NCBI GenBank assembly: GCA_005223125.1
Contig: NJBH01000026.1
Span: 1-53,951 of the forward strand
DNA length: 53,951 nucleotides
Direction: 5' to 3'
Origin: Promethearchaeota archaeon Loki_b32
GTDB taxonomy: Archaea > Asgardarchaeota > Lokiarchaeia > Sigyniarchaeales > SOKP01
Both the position numbers and the translations under genes were made by a program. The notes under the pieces are model-generated. The model saw only the letters and a list, made by a program, of their open reading frames with translations, was not told the DNA's origin and searched no databases. Below, in pieces: positions 20,319 to 30,435 of the stretch; the stretch's first letter is position 1, and the number at the start of each line of letters is the position of its first letter.

Positions 20319-21506
20319 ATGAAAAGAGATCCTGTTGCTTTTCTCAAAGAGGAAATGACCGAATTGAGAAATAACAATCTTGAATGGATTATAAGATATC
20401 TTGAAGAAGGCTCAAAACCACATTGTGTTGTAGATGGTAAGGAAGTTTTAATGTTGAACACAAATAACTACCTGGGATTATCGACTCATCCAAAAATAAT
20501 TCAAGCCGCTATTGATGCTACACAAAAATATGGTGCTGGTGCTGGAGCAGTTCCAGTTATCGCTGGTTCCTTTGATTTAACTAAGCAATTTGAAAAAAAA
20601 TTTGCTGAATTTAAAGAAGTAGAAGCATCAATTCTTTGTCAAACTGGATATGCTGTTAATTCGGGCTTAATTCCTATGTTAGTTGGAAAACCTGATATTG
20701 TTGTCTCAGATGAATTAAATCATGGGTCTATTATTGATGGAGTTAGATTATCTGGGGCTAAAAGGATAATTTATAAACATCGCGATGTTGGAGATTTAGA
20801 AAGACAATTAAAGGAAGCGGAAAAAGAAGGTGCTAGAAGAATGTGTATTATTACTGATGGTGTTTTCAGTATGGATGGCGATATGGCACCACTAGATAAG
20901 ATTGCTAAAGTTGCTGAAGATTTTGGAGCCATGATTTTTGTTGATGATTGTCATGGAGAAGGTGTTTTAGGTAATGGTAGAGGTATTGTTGCCCACTTTA
21001 ATCTGCAGGGAAAGGTTCATGTAGAAGGGGGGTCAATGAGTAAAGGGTTTGGAGTATTTGGAGGAACTGTTGCGGGTTCAAAAGATTTAATTGAGTTTTG
21101 TGCAAATAAAAGTAGGACTTATCTGCTTAGCACTGCTCATCCTCCAGGTGTTGTGGCAGCTAATAAAGCATCTATTGAAGTTGTTGAAAGTGAACCAGAA
21201 CATGTAAAAAAAGTATGGGATCATACTAATTACTTTAAAAAAGAAGTTCAAAGTATGGGTTATAATACAGGAAATTCAGAAACTCCGATTATTCCTTTAA
21301 TAGTTGGTGATCCAGGCAAAGCCCAAGAATTAGCTAGAATTCTTTTTGAAGAAGAGAACATATATGGTACACCTATTGTATTTCCTATGGTTGCTAGGGA
21401 ACTTTCTAGAATTAGAGTTCAGATGAATGCGCTATTAACGAACGATGATTTAAATACTGCTTTGGGTTCAATCGAAAAAGTAGGAAAAAAACTAGATATA
21501 ATATAA
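20319..21506 (+). CDS. kbl: Glycine C-acetyltransferase (2-amino-3-ketobutyrate CoA ligase), PLP alpha-oxoamine synthase family
   Basis: NNYLGL, SDELNHGSIIDG, TDGVFSMDGD, DDCHG, SMSKG; adjacent to tdh. Confidence 0.85.
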   Translation: MKRDPVAFLKEEMTELRNNNLEWIIRYLEEGSKPHCVVDGKEVLMLNTNNYLGLSTHPKIIQAAIDATQKYGAGAGAVPVIAGSFDLTKQFEKKFAEFKEVEASILCQTGYAVNSGLIPMLVGKPDIVVSDELNHGSIIDGVRLSGAKRIIYKHRDVGDLERQLKEAEKEGARRMCIITDGVFSMDGDMAPLDKIAKVAEDFGAMIFVDDCHGEGVLGNGRGIVAHFNLQGKVHVEGGSMSKGFGVFGGTVAGSKDLIEFCANKSRTYLLSTAHPPGVVAANKASIEVVESEPEHVKKVWDHTNYFKKEVQSMGYNTGNSETPIIPLIVGDPGKAQELARILFEEENIYGTPIVFPMVARELSRIRVQMNALLTNDDLNTALGSIEKVGKKLDII

Positions 21507-21594
21507 TTTTCTTTTTTATTTCATTTTATTTTCTATTTCTAACTTTCTAACGAAATTATTATTCTTTTACTAACGAAAGTTTGAAATTTGGGAT

Positions 21595-22416
21595 TTAATC
21601 TCTAAATCTACGATATTTTTCGACGTTTCTAGTTCTTTTCATCATTATAATAGCATTTAGAGGGCAGTTATTAAAGCAACGCATACAAAATATACAATTT
21701 GGTCCATATTTTACTTCTGGTTTATCTATAGTCTCCTCTATAGACAGATTGTCAACAGGACACTATTCAACACAAATTTTACATAAATTACAAATATTAC
21801 TATCGGAAGTAAAAAGATTACGAAAACGATTTTCTTCCCATATAAATGTAACACGTTGAAGTACTGCAACGAATCTGGTAAAAGGATCCCTACGCATTAA
21901 CCATTTTTTATTCTTTATAATTTTATCAACGAATTTTCTGATTTTTTTCTCTGCATTATCAAATATTTTCTTCTGCTTCTCTTTTTCCCACGTCATCATG
22001 CTTTTCATTTGTGGAAGATTAGATAATGTTCTGATGTTAATTGCTTGCTTAACCTGAAAACCCCCTTTTTTCAACAATCTTTTCATAAGTAAAGGTGTAT
22101 CTCCACTGAACATTGCCATAGTATCATATACAAAAGCCTGTATTTTTTTTTTCCTTTTCTGCGAAAACAAGCATAGAGTATTTTTTACCCAATCTCTTAT
22201 AATAAATGGAATCCGAGAACCATAAACAGGAAAGCCCACCCCTATAATATCGCTCTCATTTAGGATAATTGGTAATAACTCCTCCCAATTCAAATCTTTT
22301 TTCTCTATTGAATATAACTCAACTAAATGACCTTTTTCTCCGAAAATCTCCTTTATTTTTTGTGTAACCCACCATGTATTCCCAGTACCACTGAAGTAGA
22401 AGATAGAAATTTTCAT
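21595..22416 (-). pseudogene. Flavodoxin plus 2[4Fe-4S] ferredoxin fusion (EFR1-like), interrupted by an in-frame TAG at 21763-21765
   Basis: YFSGTGNT flavodoxin N-terminus; CNLCKICVE*CPVDNL...CIFCMRCFNNCPLNAI continues in frame to a TAA at 21595-21597. Confidence 0.85.
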
Positions 22417-22455
22417 AATAATTAAAAAGAAGTTTCTTTCTTTATCTTATTAAAA

Positions 22456-23040
22456 TCAAAGTGGTTTCGCTAATATTGCTTTAACTCGTAATTGATCAAA
22501 TAAACTAGTGGTCATTGGTTTAATTAGGCAAACAGTATCTGCACCTCTTCCTGTACCACCAATACATATTATATCTTTGCTTAAATCTTGGATCAATCCA
22601 CCATCACTAGCCATGAGAGCAATTTCCATGCATACTTTCATTCCCTGACAAAAATTCGTTCTAAGATATTTTGCTAATATTTCAACAGGTCCCCATTGTT
22701 GTAATGCAATTCTCATACTACGCTCTACTCCACCAAAAGCATGTGTTGTTGAAAAAACAATTAATCCTTTTTGGGTAAGACTTTCTCTTAAATCCTCGGG
22801 GAAAGATTGCCTCTTTTCTAACCCTCCAAAATAATACGTATGAGTTATAATAATGATATTATATCGTTTTGAATCAAATAATTCTGAAGCCTTTTTAGCT
22901 GTTGTTCCTGTTGTACTTGCAATTACAATATCTTGTATTCCAAATTGATCAGCATATTTCTTTGCAATCTCTAAAGCTTTATCAGTATTCTGTGGTCCAC
23001 CATTCTCAAAATAAGTAACTTCAATATTTAAATCTGCCAT
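22456..23040 (-). CDS. Pyruvate-kinase C-terminal-like domain protein (MTH1675 type)
   Basis: YFENGGPQNT, VIASTTGTTA, QGMKVCMEIALMASDGG, GGTGRGADT. Confidence 0.85.
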   Translation of the reverse strand: MADLNIEVTYFENGGPQNTDKALEIAKKYADQFGIQDIVIASTTGTTAKKASELFDSKRYNIIIITHTYYFGGLEKRQSFPEDLRESLTQKGLIVFSTTHAFGGVERSMRIALQQWGPVEILAKYLRTNFCQGMKVCMEIALMASDGGLIQDLSKDIICIGGTGRGADTVCLIKPMTTSLFDQLRVKAILAKPL

Positions 23041-23081
23041 ATTACATCAAGCTTTTTACTTTTAATATTTAAAATATTATT

Positions 23082-23161
23082 TTTTTATTAGGATAGAATA
23101 TGAATCTAATTAAATGAATGTTATTGAGGTTATAGATATTCTAAAAAAGATTTGATATAGT
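23082..23161. repeat. 80-bp imperfect direct repeat, copy 1
   Basis: Aligns without gaps to 24562-24641 (offset 1480), 9 mismatches by manual count. Confidence 0.9.
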
Positions 23162-23168
23162 ATTTTTT

Positions 23169-24455
23169 CTATTCTCTGATTTTACTACTTGTTTTTTCTA
23201 GTGCCTCGTAAACCAAATTGTCTATTCTGAGCCAATCAATTGGAAAAATCCAATCACTGTCTTCTGGACAATATTGTGTTAAGACTATTGAAATTACTTG
23301 ATTCGTTGGATCTATATCAAAGAATGTATTAAACGCTCCACCCCAGCTATAATCTCCAACTCCACTTCTAGACATATTTTCTGCTATTTTCACCTGTACA
23401 CCCAATCCAAACCCATATCCTTCGTTTCTTTTTATTGATACAGGATCTCCATATTTAATATACTGCATATCCAGAAAAGTTTTATTATTTGGTAATTGAT
23501 TAGATGTCATCAACTCTATTGTTTCCTTAGAAACAATTTGATTGTTTTTATATTGTCCTCTATTTAGCATCATTATACAAAATTTCATGTAATCTTCTAA
23601 TGTGGATACCAATCCTCCCCCACCTGACAAGTACTGGATTTTATGTTTGAATCCTTCATAAATAGCCCCTTCTATTTCGATTAATTTGTCGTCTTGATTC
23701 TTTGTATATACTTTTGTTAATTGGTTCCATTTTTCCTTAGGAACGTAAAAATCAGTATCATTCATACCTATTTTATCAAAAATCTGTTCTTTAAGAAAAA
23801 CATCTAATTTCTTTCCTGAAAGTACTTCAATTAGGAAACCCAAGATTTCATGACTGAAAGCATACCACCAATACTCTCCTGGTGCGAAAGCAAGAGGGAG
23901 TGTAGCTAAACGCTTACTAAATTCATCTAACGGTGGCATTATGGGAAACATATCTAGTTTTGTTTTTAGCCTGTTTTCACCAGTAAAACTAAATTTCTCT
24001 CCATATAATTTGTCAACGGGGATTTCTTCGGGATCATCGCCATAACTAAGTCCAGATGTATGAGTAAAAAGCTGTTTGATGGTTATTGGGTTCTTAATTT
24101 CTTCTAATTCAGTTTCACCTGTTTTATCATCATAAGATTTCAATACCTTAAGATTTTTAAACTCAGGCAGATATTTCTCAAGTGGATCATCTAAATCATA
24201 TTTCCCTTGTTCGTGAAGAATTAATGCAGCCAAACAAGTAATTGGTTTTGTCATCGAATATATTCGGAAGATATCATCAAAAGCAATTGGAATCTGATTT
24301 TCTTTATCTTTCCAACCAAATTTATTACAATATACTAGTTTATCTCGATGATAGATTGCACAAAGAACACAACCAGTTATATTATCATCTATATAAGTCT
24401 GAAATTCATGTGATAGCTTTTTAAAAACTACAGGATTTATTTGTTTAATTTTCAT
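23169..24455 (-). CDS. Serine hydrolase, beta-lactamase/penicillin-binding-protein-like family
   Basis: FRIYSMTK (SxxK), LFTHTSGL, PLAFAPGEYWWY, GGGGLVST, WGG. Confidence 0.92.
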   Translation of the reverse strand: MKIKQINPVVFKKLSHEFQTYIDDNITGCVLCAIYHRDKLVYCNKFGWKDKENQIPIAFDDIFRIYSMTKPITCLAALILHEQGKYDLDDPLEKYLPEFKNLKVLKSYDDKTGETELEEIKNPITIKQLFTHTSGLSYGDDPEEIPVDKLYGEKFSFTGENRLKTKLDMFPIMPPLDEFSKRLATLPLAFAPGEYWWYAFSHEILGFLIEVLSGKKLDVFLKEQIFDKIGMNDTDFYVPKEKWNQLTKVYTKNQDDKLIEIEGAIYEGFKHKIQYLSGGGGLVSTLEDYMKFCIMMLNRGQYKNNQIVSKETIELMTSNQLPNNKTFLDMQYIKYGDPVSIKRNEGYGFGLGVQVKIAENMSRSGVGDYSWGGAFNTFFDIDPTNQVISIVLTQYCPEDSDWIFPIDWLRIDNLVYEALEKTSSKIRE

Positions 24456-24561
24456 TAAAAGGAAGTAAGTTGTTCTGGTTTATATTACTTTTTCAAAATT
24501 TAAATCCTAAAATCTGAAATATTTCAGCAAACTTATTAATTTATACTATTAACAATAGAGA

Positions 24562-24641
24562 TTTTTATTAGGTTAGAATATAAATCTAATTAAATGAATA
24601 TTATTGAGGTTAAAGTTGTTCTAAATAAGTATTGATATAGT
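24562..24641. repeat. 80-bp imperfect direct repeat, copy 2
   Basis: Matches 23082-23161. Confidence 0.9.
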
Positions 24642-24714
24642 TTTAAAAAGATCAAAATTTAACATCATTTAATTATAATTTTTTGTAAATTTACTAACAA
24701 ACGTGGGATATTAT

Positions 24715-26121
24715 ATGAGTGAAAGAAAAATTTCATTGAAAGAAAAAATACTATTTGGTGCAAGCGCATTCCCAGATCAATTGACTTACCAAGCTTTTAC
24801 CATTTACGTCTTTACTTTTTATTTTGCTGTTGTAGGCTTAACTATGCTTGAAATGTGGATTGGATTTGTTCTATGGGGTATCTGGAATATGTTTAATGAT
24901 CCAATTTTAGGCGCTTTAAGCGAGAAAACCAAACAGAAAGGTAAATTAGGAAAAAGAAAATTTTATTTAATAATATCATTTGTACCATTGTCATTAATTA
25001 TGATATTCCTATTTACTACGCCCCCCAATTTTAAATTCTGGTATTTTATCTTTATAATTTTTACCTTTGAATTCTTTTATACAATGTTTTCTGTAAATAC
25101 AAATGCTGTTTTTCCTGAAATGTTTCCAACAGAAAAACAAAGAGGAGATGTAAATGTGTTTATAAAAAGTTTAACTATGCTTGCCATAATAATAGCATCA
25201 TTAATTCCAACATTTATTATTGACCCGTTAGTTCCAACTTCATACCCTCCCGATCCAAAAGAAGCTGCTAGCATTCAATTTAATTATATCATTTCAGGTA
25301 TAATTATGTGCGTTATAGTGTTGATCATGGCAATTCTATTTATTTTCTATGGTGTTAAAGAAAAGGAAGAAGAAACTATGGATTTTGAAAGAAGACCTGG
25401 ATTTTTAAAATCAATTAAAATAACTTTTTCTAATAAGACGTTTATAAAATTCACCTTGGGAAACATGCTTATCTGGTATTGTTTTAATTTGTTATTAACT
25501 GTATTTCCATTATACTCTGTTTTTGTACTTGGAAGAGAAGAGGGAGCATTTTTAATTGGTGTTACATTGATGCTAGCCCTTCTTGGTGCTGTAGTATTTT
25601 TACCACTCCACTCTAGAATTAGAGAAAAAATAGGTACTCGTAAAGGTTTGATGATCGGAATGGGAATCTGGATTATTTCTTTATTCCCATTATTGCTTTT
25701 ATCAAATAATGAAACAAGTAGAATACTTTCTATGGTGGTTTTTTTTACAATAGGCTTTGGATTATCAGCTGCTTTATTTTATATTGATTTAATTCATGGT
25801 GATATAATTGATCAAGACGCTTTGAAGTTTGGTGTAAAAAGAGCAGCTAGTTATTACGGTGTGAATGCTTTTATTCACCGATTCTCAATGATCCTTGGTA
25901 TTACCACCATTTACATTATATTTTCGGGAACAGGTTGGAGTAGCTATGTACCAATTGTTGATGATCCTGTTTTAAGAGATCTTGGTTTGAAGGCTTTGAT
26001 GTTTATTTTTCCGTCAATAGCTCTTATTGTATCGATTCTTATCTTTAGACTTTATGATTTACATGGAGAAAAACTCGAAAAAATGAGACAGGAATTAGAG
26101 AAGCATCCTGAATTAAAATAA
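24715..26121 (+). CDS. MFS transporter, GPH/MelB-like glycoside:cation symporter family
   Basis: IWNMFNDPILGALSE..GKRK, DIIDQD...R AASYYG, about 12 TM. Confidence 0.9.
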   Translation: MSERKISLKEKILFGASAFPDQLTYQAFTIYVFTFYFAVVGLTMLEMWIGFVLWGIWNMFNDPILGALSEKTKQKGKLGKRKFYLIISFVPLSLIMIFLFTTPPNFKFWYFIFIIFTFEFFYTMFSVNTNAVFPEMFPTEKQRGDVNVFIKSLTMLAIIIASLIPTFIIDPLVPTSYPPDPKEAASIQFNYIISGIIMCVIVLIMAILFIFYGVKEKEEETMDFERRPGFLKSIKITFSNKTFIKFTLGNMLIWYCFNLLLTVFPLYSVFVLGREEGAFLIGVTLMLALLGAVVFLPLHSRIREKIGTRKGLMIGMGIWIISLFPLLLLSNNETSRILSMVVFFTIGFGLSAALFYIDLIHGDIIDQDALKFGVKRAASYYGVNAFIHRFSMILGITTIYIIFSGTGWSSYVPIVDDPVLRDLGLKALMFIFPSIALIVSILIFRLYDLHGEKLEKMRQELEKHPELK

Positions 26122-26161
26122 TTTTTAATCTTTTTTTTTTATAAGAATTTCTTCTTAGATT

Positions 26162-27091
26162 TTATTTCAATCTTAGTTTTTCTCGCGTTTCATCTAAAGT
26201 TGCTGGTTCTCTTCCAATTTCTTTTGCAACCCTAGCCATTCTTTCCACTAATTGGGCATTACTTTTAACAAGTTCACCCTTTCGATAATAAACAGTATCT
26301 TCAAGACCAGTTCTAATATTACCACCCATACACATAGCTATCATTGTCGTTCTAAGACAATATTTTCCAATAGTTACAACTTGCCATGTAGATCCTTCTG
26401 GAAGTAATTCAACCATATTTAAAAGGTTTCTAACGGTAGCAGGAGCGCCACCTTTAATACCAAGCACAATACTAAAGTGAAGTTTCTCATTTGGCTGAAA
26501 TACACCCATATCGACTAATTCCATAATATTTGCCATATGACTTGTGTCATATACTTCTATTTCAATACCTGCCCCGATTTTTTTACAACCATTAACGTAA
26601 TTTTTGTTAAAATCTATTGGATTATTAAAAATTGAGGATGTTTCCATACCTCTCATATTTGTTCTAAACTCAAAAGTACCAGCGTTTATAGTAAACATAT
26701 CAGGTTGAGGATCAATATTTAATAAATTGATCCTTTCTTCTAATGTAGCCATTTTGAGAGCTTGGCCATACCTTTTTCCTGATTTACTCACCTTAATACC
26801 ATATTCTATACGAGCACCAATTCCATTCCCAATTTGAGTAATAATCGGACATTTTTCTTTTATTAATCTCACTGTTTTGTTATACACATTTAGATCTGCG
26901 GTTGACAAGCCATCTTCTCCCCTTACATGGATATGGCATACTGTAGCACCTGCTTCATAACACTCTAATGCATCTTTAGCTTGTTCTTCAGGAGTAATTG
27001 GTAAATTAGGATTTGACCATTTTCCATGAGCACCTCCTGTAATCGCAGCAGTTATAATTACCTTTTCCTCAGATAATAAATTTGGTTTCAT
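26162..27091 (-). CDS. Beta-keto acid cleavage enzyme (BKACE/Kce, DUF849)
   Basis: IITAAITG, PITPEEQA, HIHVR, GGNIRTGLEDT, SNAQLVER. Confidence 0.92.
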   Translation of the reverse strand: MKPNLLSEEKVIITAAITGGAHGKWSNPNLPITPEEQAKDALECYEAGATVCHIHVRGEDGLSTADLNVYNKTVRLIKEKCPIITQIGNGIGARIEYGIKVSKSGKRYGQALKMATLEERINLLNIDPQPDMFTINAGTFEFRTNMRGMETSSIFNNPIDFNKNYVNGCKKIGAGIEIEVYDTSHMANIMELVDMGVFQPNEKLHFSIVLGIKGGAPATVRNLLNMVELLPEGSTWQVVTIGKYCLRTTMIAMCMGGNIRTGLEDTVYYRKGELVKSNAQLVERMARVAKEIGREPATLDETREKLRLK

Positions 27092-27239
27092 GATTATCTT
27101 AATCTCTTCACATTACTTTTCTTTAAATTATAGAATATTCCTTTTATATTTTAATAATTATTTCTTTCATTTAATCCTCATGTATTAATTTATTACATGA
27201 TCTGTCGATTTTCAAATTTACAATTAAAATAGGGACTCT

Positions 27240-28007
27240 TCACTTAACAGGGTTTTTAAGAGAACAGGGAACTCCACAAGCACACTTCCCACACATATCT
27301 GAAAGACCTAAATGTGAATATATTCGACCATTTTCTAAGCAAACATCATAACATTTTTGCCTATCAAATGATTCTGCCTTTAATGCGTTATAAAAACATC
27401 GATCTATGCATAATTTGCAAGATTTATTATAATAATAAAGACAATATTCTTTCTCTGTTCTATTCGTTGTTTTGATTTTAGCTGATGTTATTAGGCTTCC
27501 TAGTCTCCCACTACATCCTTTTTCAGTTATTATCATTTTATGTAATCCAAATTTACCCAAACCGGCAATATAAGCTACATGCTTGTGAGACCAATAACTT
27601 ACTAGTAAATCTTTATCATAATTATGAGTTGGGGATATATGTAAGGAATCAAAGCTTTCATGTTTTAAATTATCTATTAAAAAAGCATTTATTTTTGTTA
27701 TTATTTTGTTAGTTTCAACATAGGCAATTGCCCATTCTGTAGAAGCAAATTTCCCTTTAGTATTACTCGAAACTATACTTTGATTAAATGGTATAAAATA
27801 TGAAATAACTGTTTTTGCTTGGCTATACAATTCATTTGGTGATTTATGATTTTCATTAACTATATTCTTTAGTTGGAAAAAAAGTGGATCATTCGCTTTA
27901 GCAAATCCTACTATTGGTTCATCCCAATCAGTTTTGAAATTTAAATTTTTTTTAGAATCTTCTATAAAGTCTTTAATCAGATTCTCAATACTCTTTTGCC
28001 TAATCAT
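27240..28007 (-). CDS. Epoxyqueuosine reductase-like Fe-S protein
   Basis: WSHKHVAYIAGLGKFGL, GRLGSLIT, C..CKLCIDRC, CGKCACGVPC. Confidence 0.85.
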   Translation of the reverse strand: MIRQKSIENLIKDFIEDSKKNLNFKTDWDEPIVGFAKANDPLFFQLKNIVNENHKSPNELYSQAKTVISYFIPFNQSIVSSNTKGKFASTEWAIAYVETNKIITKINAFLIDNLKHESFDSLHISPTHNYDKDLLVSYWSHKHVAYIAGLGKFGLHKMIITEKGCSGRLGSLITSAKIKTTNRTEKEYCLYYYNKSCKLCIDRCFYNALKAESFDRQKCYDVCLENGRIYSHLGLSDMCGKCACGVPCSLKNPVK

Positions 28008-28011
28008 TTAA

Positions 28012-28869
28012 TTAAACTTTATTTTTTTCTTTTTTTTTTCCCCATGTGTAGAATCCTTTACCAGTTTTCATCCCTAAATCCCCTTTCTCAACCATATCTT
28101 TAAGGGCATCAGGTGGTTTATCCCTGAGTTCTCCAGTTTCATTATAATAACTCATTTGAACAGCATACACAACATCTAAACCGATAGCATCCATTAATGA
28201 AAAAGGTCCCATAGCCATCCCTGTAAAAATCTTCCAAGCTGAATCGATAGTTTCAATCTCTGCGTGTCCCCCTGCCCAGAGATCAAGAGCTTGTCTTCTT
28301 GCAGCATGCCACATTCTGTTAAAAACGAAGCCAATAATTTCTCTTTTCACAACAATTGGCTTACAGCCGATACTTTCGAGCCATTTTTTTCCCTTTTCAA
28401 ATGTATCTTCACTTGTTTTTGTACCACGCATAATATCTGCCATTGGTCGTAGAGGGATGGGTGGATAAAAATGGATATTTAAGACTTTATCTTTCCTCTC
28501 TACTGCATCTTCAATTTTAGAAACTGGAATCGAAGAACTGTTTGTCGCAATTATACAATTCTTAGGAGCTAATCTGTCGATTTGAGAAAACACTTTTTTT
28601 TTCAGTTCGATATTCTCTGGAATAGCCTCTATTACAAGATCTGCAACATTAACAGCTTGTTCAATCTCATCGTAATATTGAATATTTTCAATTAATTCAG
28701 GTTTTTCCTTTCTTTTTAGCATACCATTAATATACTTTTTTGCATCTTCTAATATCTCTGAATTGATATCAAATATACTTACATTATACCTGTATAAAGC
28801 CGTGATTGCAGCTATTTGTTTCCCTGTGAACCCCGCACCTATTATTGAAACGCTTTTTATTTCATTCAT
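28012..28869 (-). CDS. 3-hydroxyacyl-CoA dehydrogenase family protein
   Basis: IIGAGFTG, VIEAIPENIELKK, ATNSSS, HFYPP, GFVFNR, MGPF..MD.IGLD, G.KTGKGFY. Confidence 0.92.
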   Translation of the reverse strand: MNEIKSVSIIGAGFTGKQIAAITALYRYNVSIFDINSEILEDAKKYINGMLKRKEKPELIENIQYYDEIEQAVNVADLVIEAIPENIELKKKVFSQIDRLAPKNCIIATNSSSIPVSKIEDAVERKDKVLNIHFYPPIPLRPMADIMRGTKTSEDTFEKGKKWLESIGCKPIVVKREIIGFVFNRMWHAARRQALDLWAGGHAEIETIDSAWKIFTGMAMGPFSLMDAIGLDVVYAVQMSYYNETGELRDKPPDALKDMVEKGDLGMKTGKGFYTWGKKKEKNKV

Positions 28870-29037
28870 CTTATTTAATTCTCACATCTTTATAATTAAT
28901 TTTAAGTTATCATTGATAAAATAAGAAGATTCATTAATACTATTTAAGCTGTGTAAAATTTTATTTAATTGTAAATATTATTGCTGATGTGTTGGTAGCA
29001 ATGCTCGATCCTCGAATTAGATTAAATTAAAAATTAT

Positions 29038-29060
29038 AAAACATCTGATTAAGATGTTTT
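29038..29060. promoter_or_regulatory. Perfect 9-bp inverted repeat AAAACATCT-N5-AGATGTTTT, candidate operator
   Basis: Seen directly in the divergent intergenic region 28870-29130. Confidence 0.4.
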
Positions 29061-29130
29061 GACTATAATCTTTTTAAATTTAAAAGATAATATTTAATTA
29101 AAAAACATATTAATAAGGAATTGAGTAAAA

Positions 29131-29364
29131 TTGACTTTATGTTTTGTTTTAATGAATGTACAAGCAGGATTTGTCGAATCTGTCGTTCATGAATTAGAGA
29201 AAATAGAGGACGTTAGAGAATCATTTCCTGTTACTGGAGGGATTGATATAATTGTTAAAGTGGAAGGTCCGGATGTTGAAACAATTGCAAAAACAATTTT
29301 GGCAAAAATTCACAGAATTGAAGGTGTTTCGCGGACTGAAACTCATATAGTAGTTCCCCTATAG
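29131..29364 (+). CDS. Stand-alone Lrp/AsnC ligand-binding (RAM) domain protein
   Basis: VTGGIDIIVKV...IHRIEGVSRTETHIV; no HTH. Confidence 0.88.
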   Translation: MTLCFVLMNVQAGFVESVVHELEKIEDVRESFPVTGGIDIIVKVEGPDVETIAKTILAKIHRIEGVSRTETHIVVPL

Positions 29365-29431
29365 AATAGATAATTAAGAATTCCTTTCTTTTAATTATAG
29401 TGATTTATATCATTTAGTTTTGAAATTAGCT

Positions 29432-30229
29432 TTAATCGCCATTGGAATTTATAGGTTTTTTTTCTATTTTATTTTTAATATATTTAATGTTTTTTTTAAG
29501 TGTTTTTTTTATAGGCTCATCCTTTATATCAAGTTTATCTAATATCTCAACTGCGTCTTCGAATAATTTTAAAGCTTCAGGAAATTGAGCTTTTTTATAA
29601 TACATACCAGGAATTTTAAAAAATTTGTACAAAATACATTGAATTGCAGTGATTATAATCCAAATAAGGATTAATATTGTTAATATCCATTCAATTAAGG
29701 GGTTCAGTGTAACTAATAGAATTATCAAAAAAAGCCCTATAAAGAAACCATAATATGCTAAATATTTCTTAAATTTTGGCCCCTCGTACATTTTAGATTT
29801 AGGTACATAATACATTAAGATACTATAAAGAACTATATAGAAAGAAGAACCCGCAAAACTAAATACGGCTACAAAACCATGAAATATTATAAAAGCTTCA
29901 ATATATGTTTCGTCTGGAATTATACCGACTAGTGCAATACAAACATTTGTCAAAATAGATATCCCTGTCGCTAATCTTCTGATACTATCTTTAATATCTA
30001 CTAATTCTCTTTCAAGATAAATGTAAAATGGAATCATTAAAGAACCAGTCACCACAAAACTAATGCTAAATAACGATTTCGCTTGTCCTTCTCCTAATTC
30101 ACTCACAGTATTTGTTAATGGTGAATATCCGGGAGTTAATGAAGCGATTATAGGTAACATTATAGCCATAAATAAAGCACCACCTAGACCAAATAACGCT
30201 TCCATTTTAGATTCTGATTTTATTCCCAT
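29432..30229 (-). CDS. DUF998-like membrane protein with a C-terminal TPR-like helix pair
   Basis: PGYSPLTNTVSELG, VGIIP..H, EW; tail GMYYKKAQFPEALKLFEDAVEI. Confidence 0.75.
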   Translation of the reverse strand: MGIKSESKMEALFGLGGALFMAIMLPIIASLTPGYSPLTNTVSELGEGQAKSLFSISFVVTGSLMIPFYIYLERELVDIKDSIRRLATGISILTNVCIALVGIIPDETYIEAFIIFHGFVAVFSFAGSSFYIVLYSILMYYVPKSKMYEGPKFKKYLAYYGFFIGLFLIILLVTLNPLIEWILTILILIWIIITAIQCILYKFFKIPGMYYKKAQFPEALKLFEDAVEILDKLDIKDEPIKKTLKKNIKYIKNKIEKKPINSNGD

Positions 30230-30435
30230 TATTCTCACTTTTTTAAAATTAAGGTTCTAGTACACTTCTGTTAAGATTTCACAATTTTCTAACATAAGTA
30301 TGGTCTCAACAATTTATTAAATTTTTGATAAAGATAAAATAATTAGATCTTATTGGGGAGAAGGAGAAAATTTATATGCATAAAAATTTGATATTTATAA
30401 TTAGTTAAAATTATTAAAAATAATGAGATGATCCA

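Noticed and set aside
339-21765. Genome-wide stop-codon reassignment
   Set aside because: The three internal stops are all different codons, and TAA, TAG and TGA each terminate complete genes elsewhere in the window.
23169-24455. Antibiotic-resistance beta-lactamase
   Set aside because: The motifs fit the broad esterase/serine-hydrolase family and there is no signal peptide; activity cannot be inferred.
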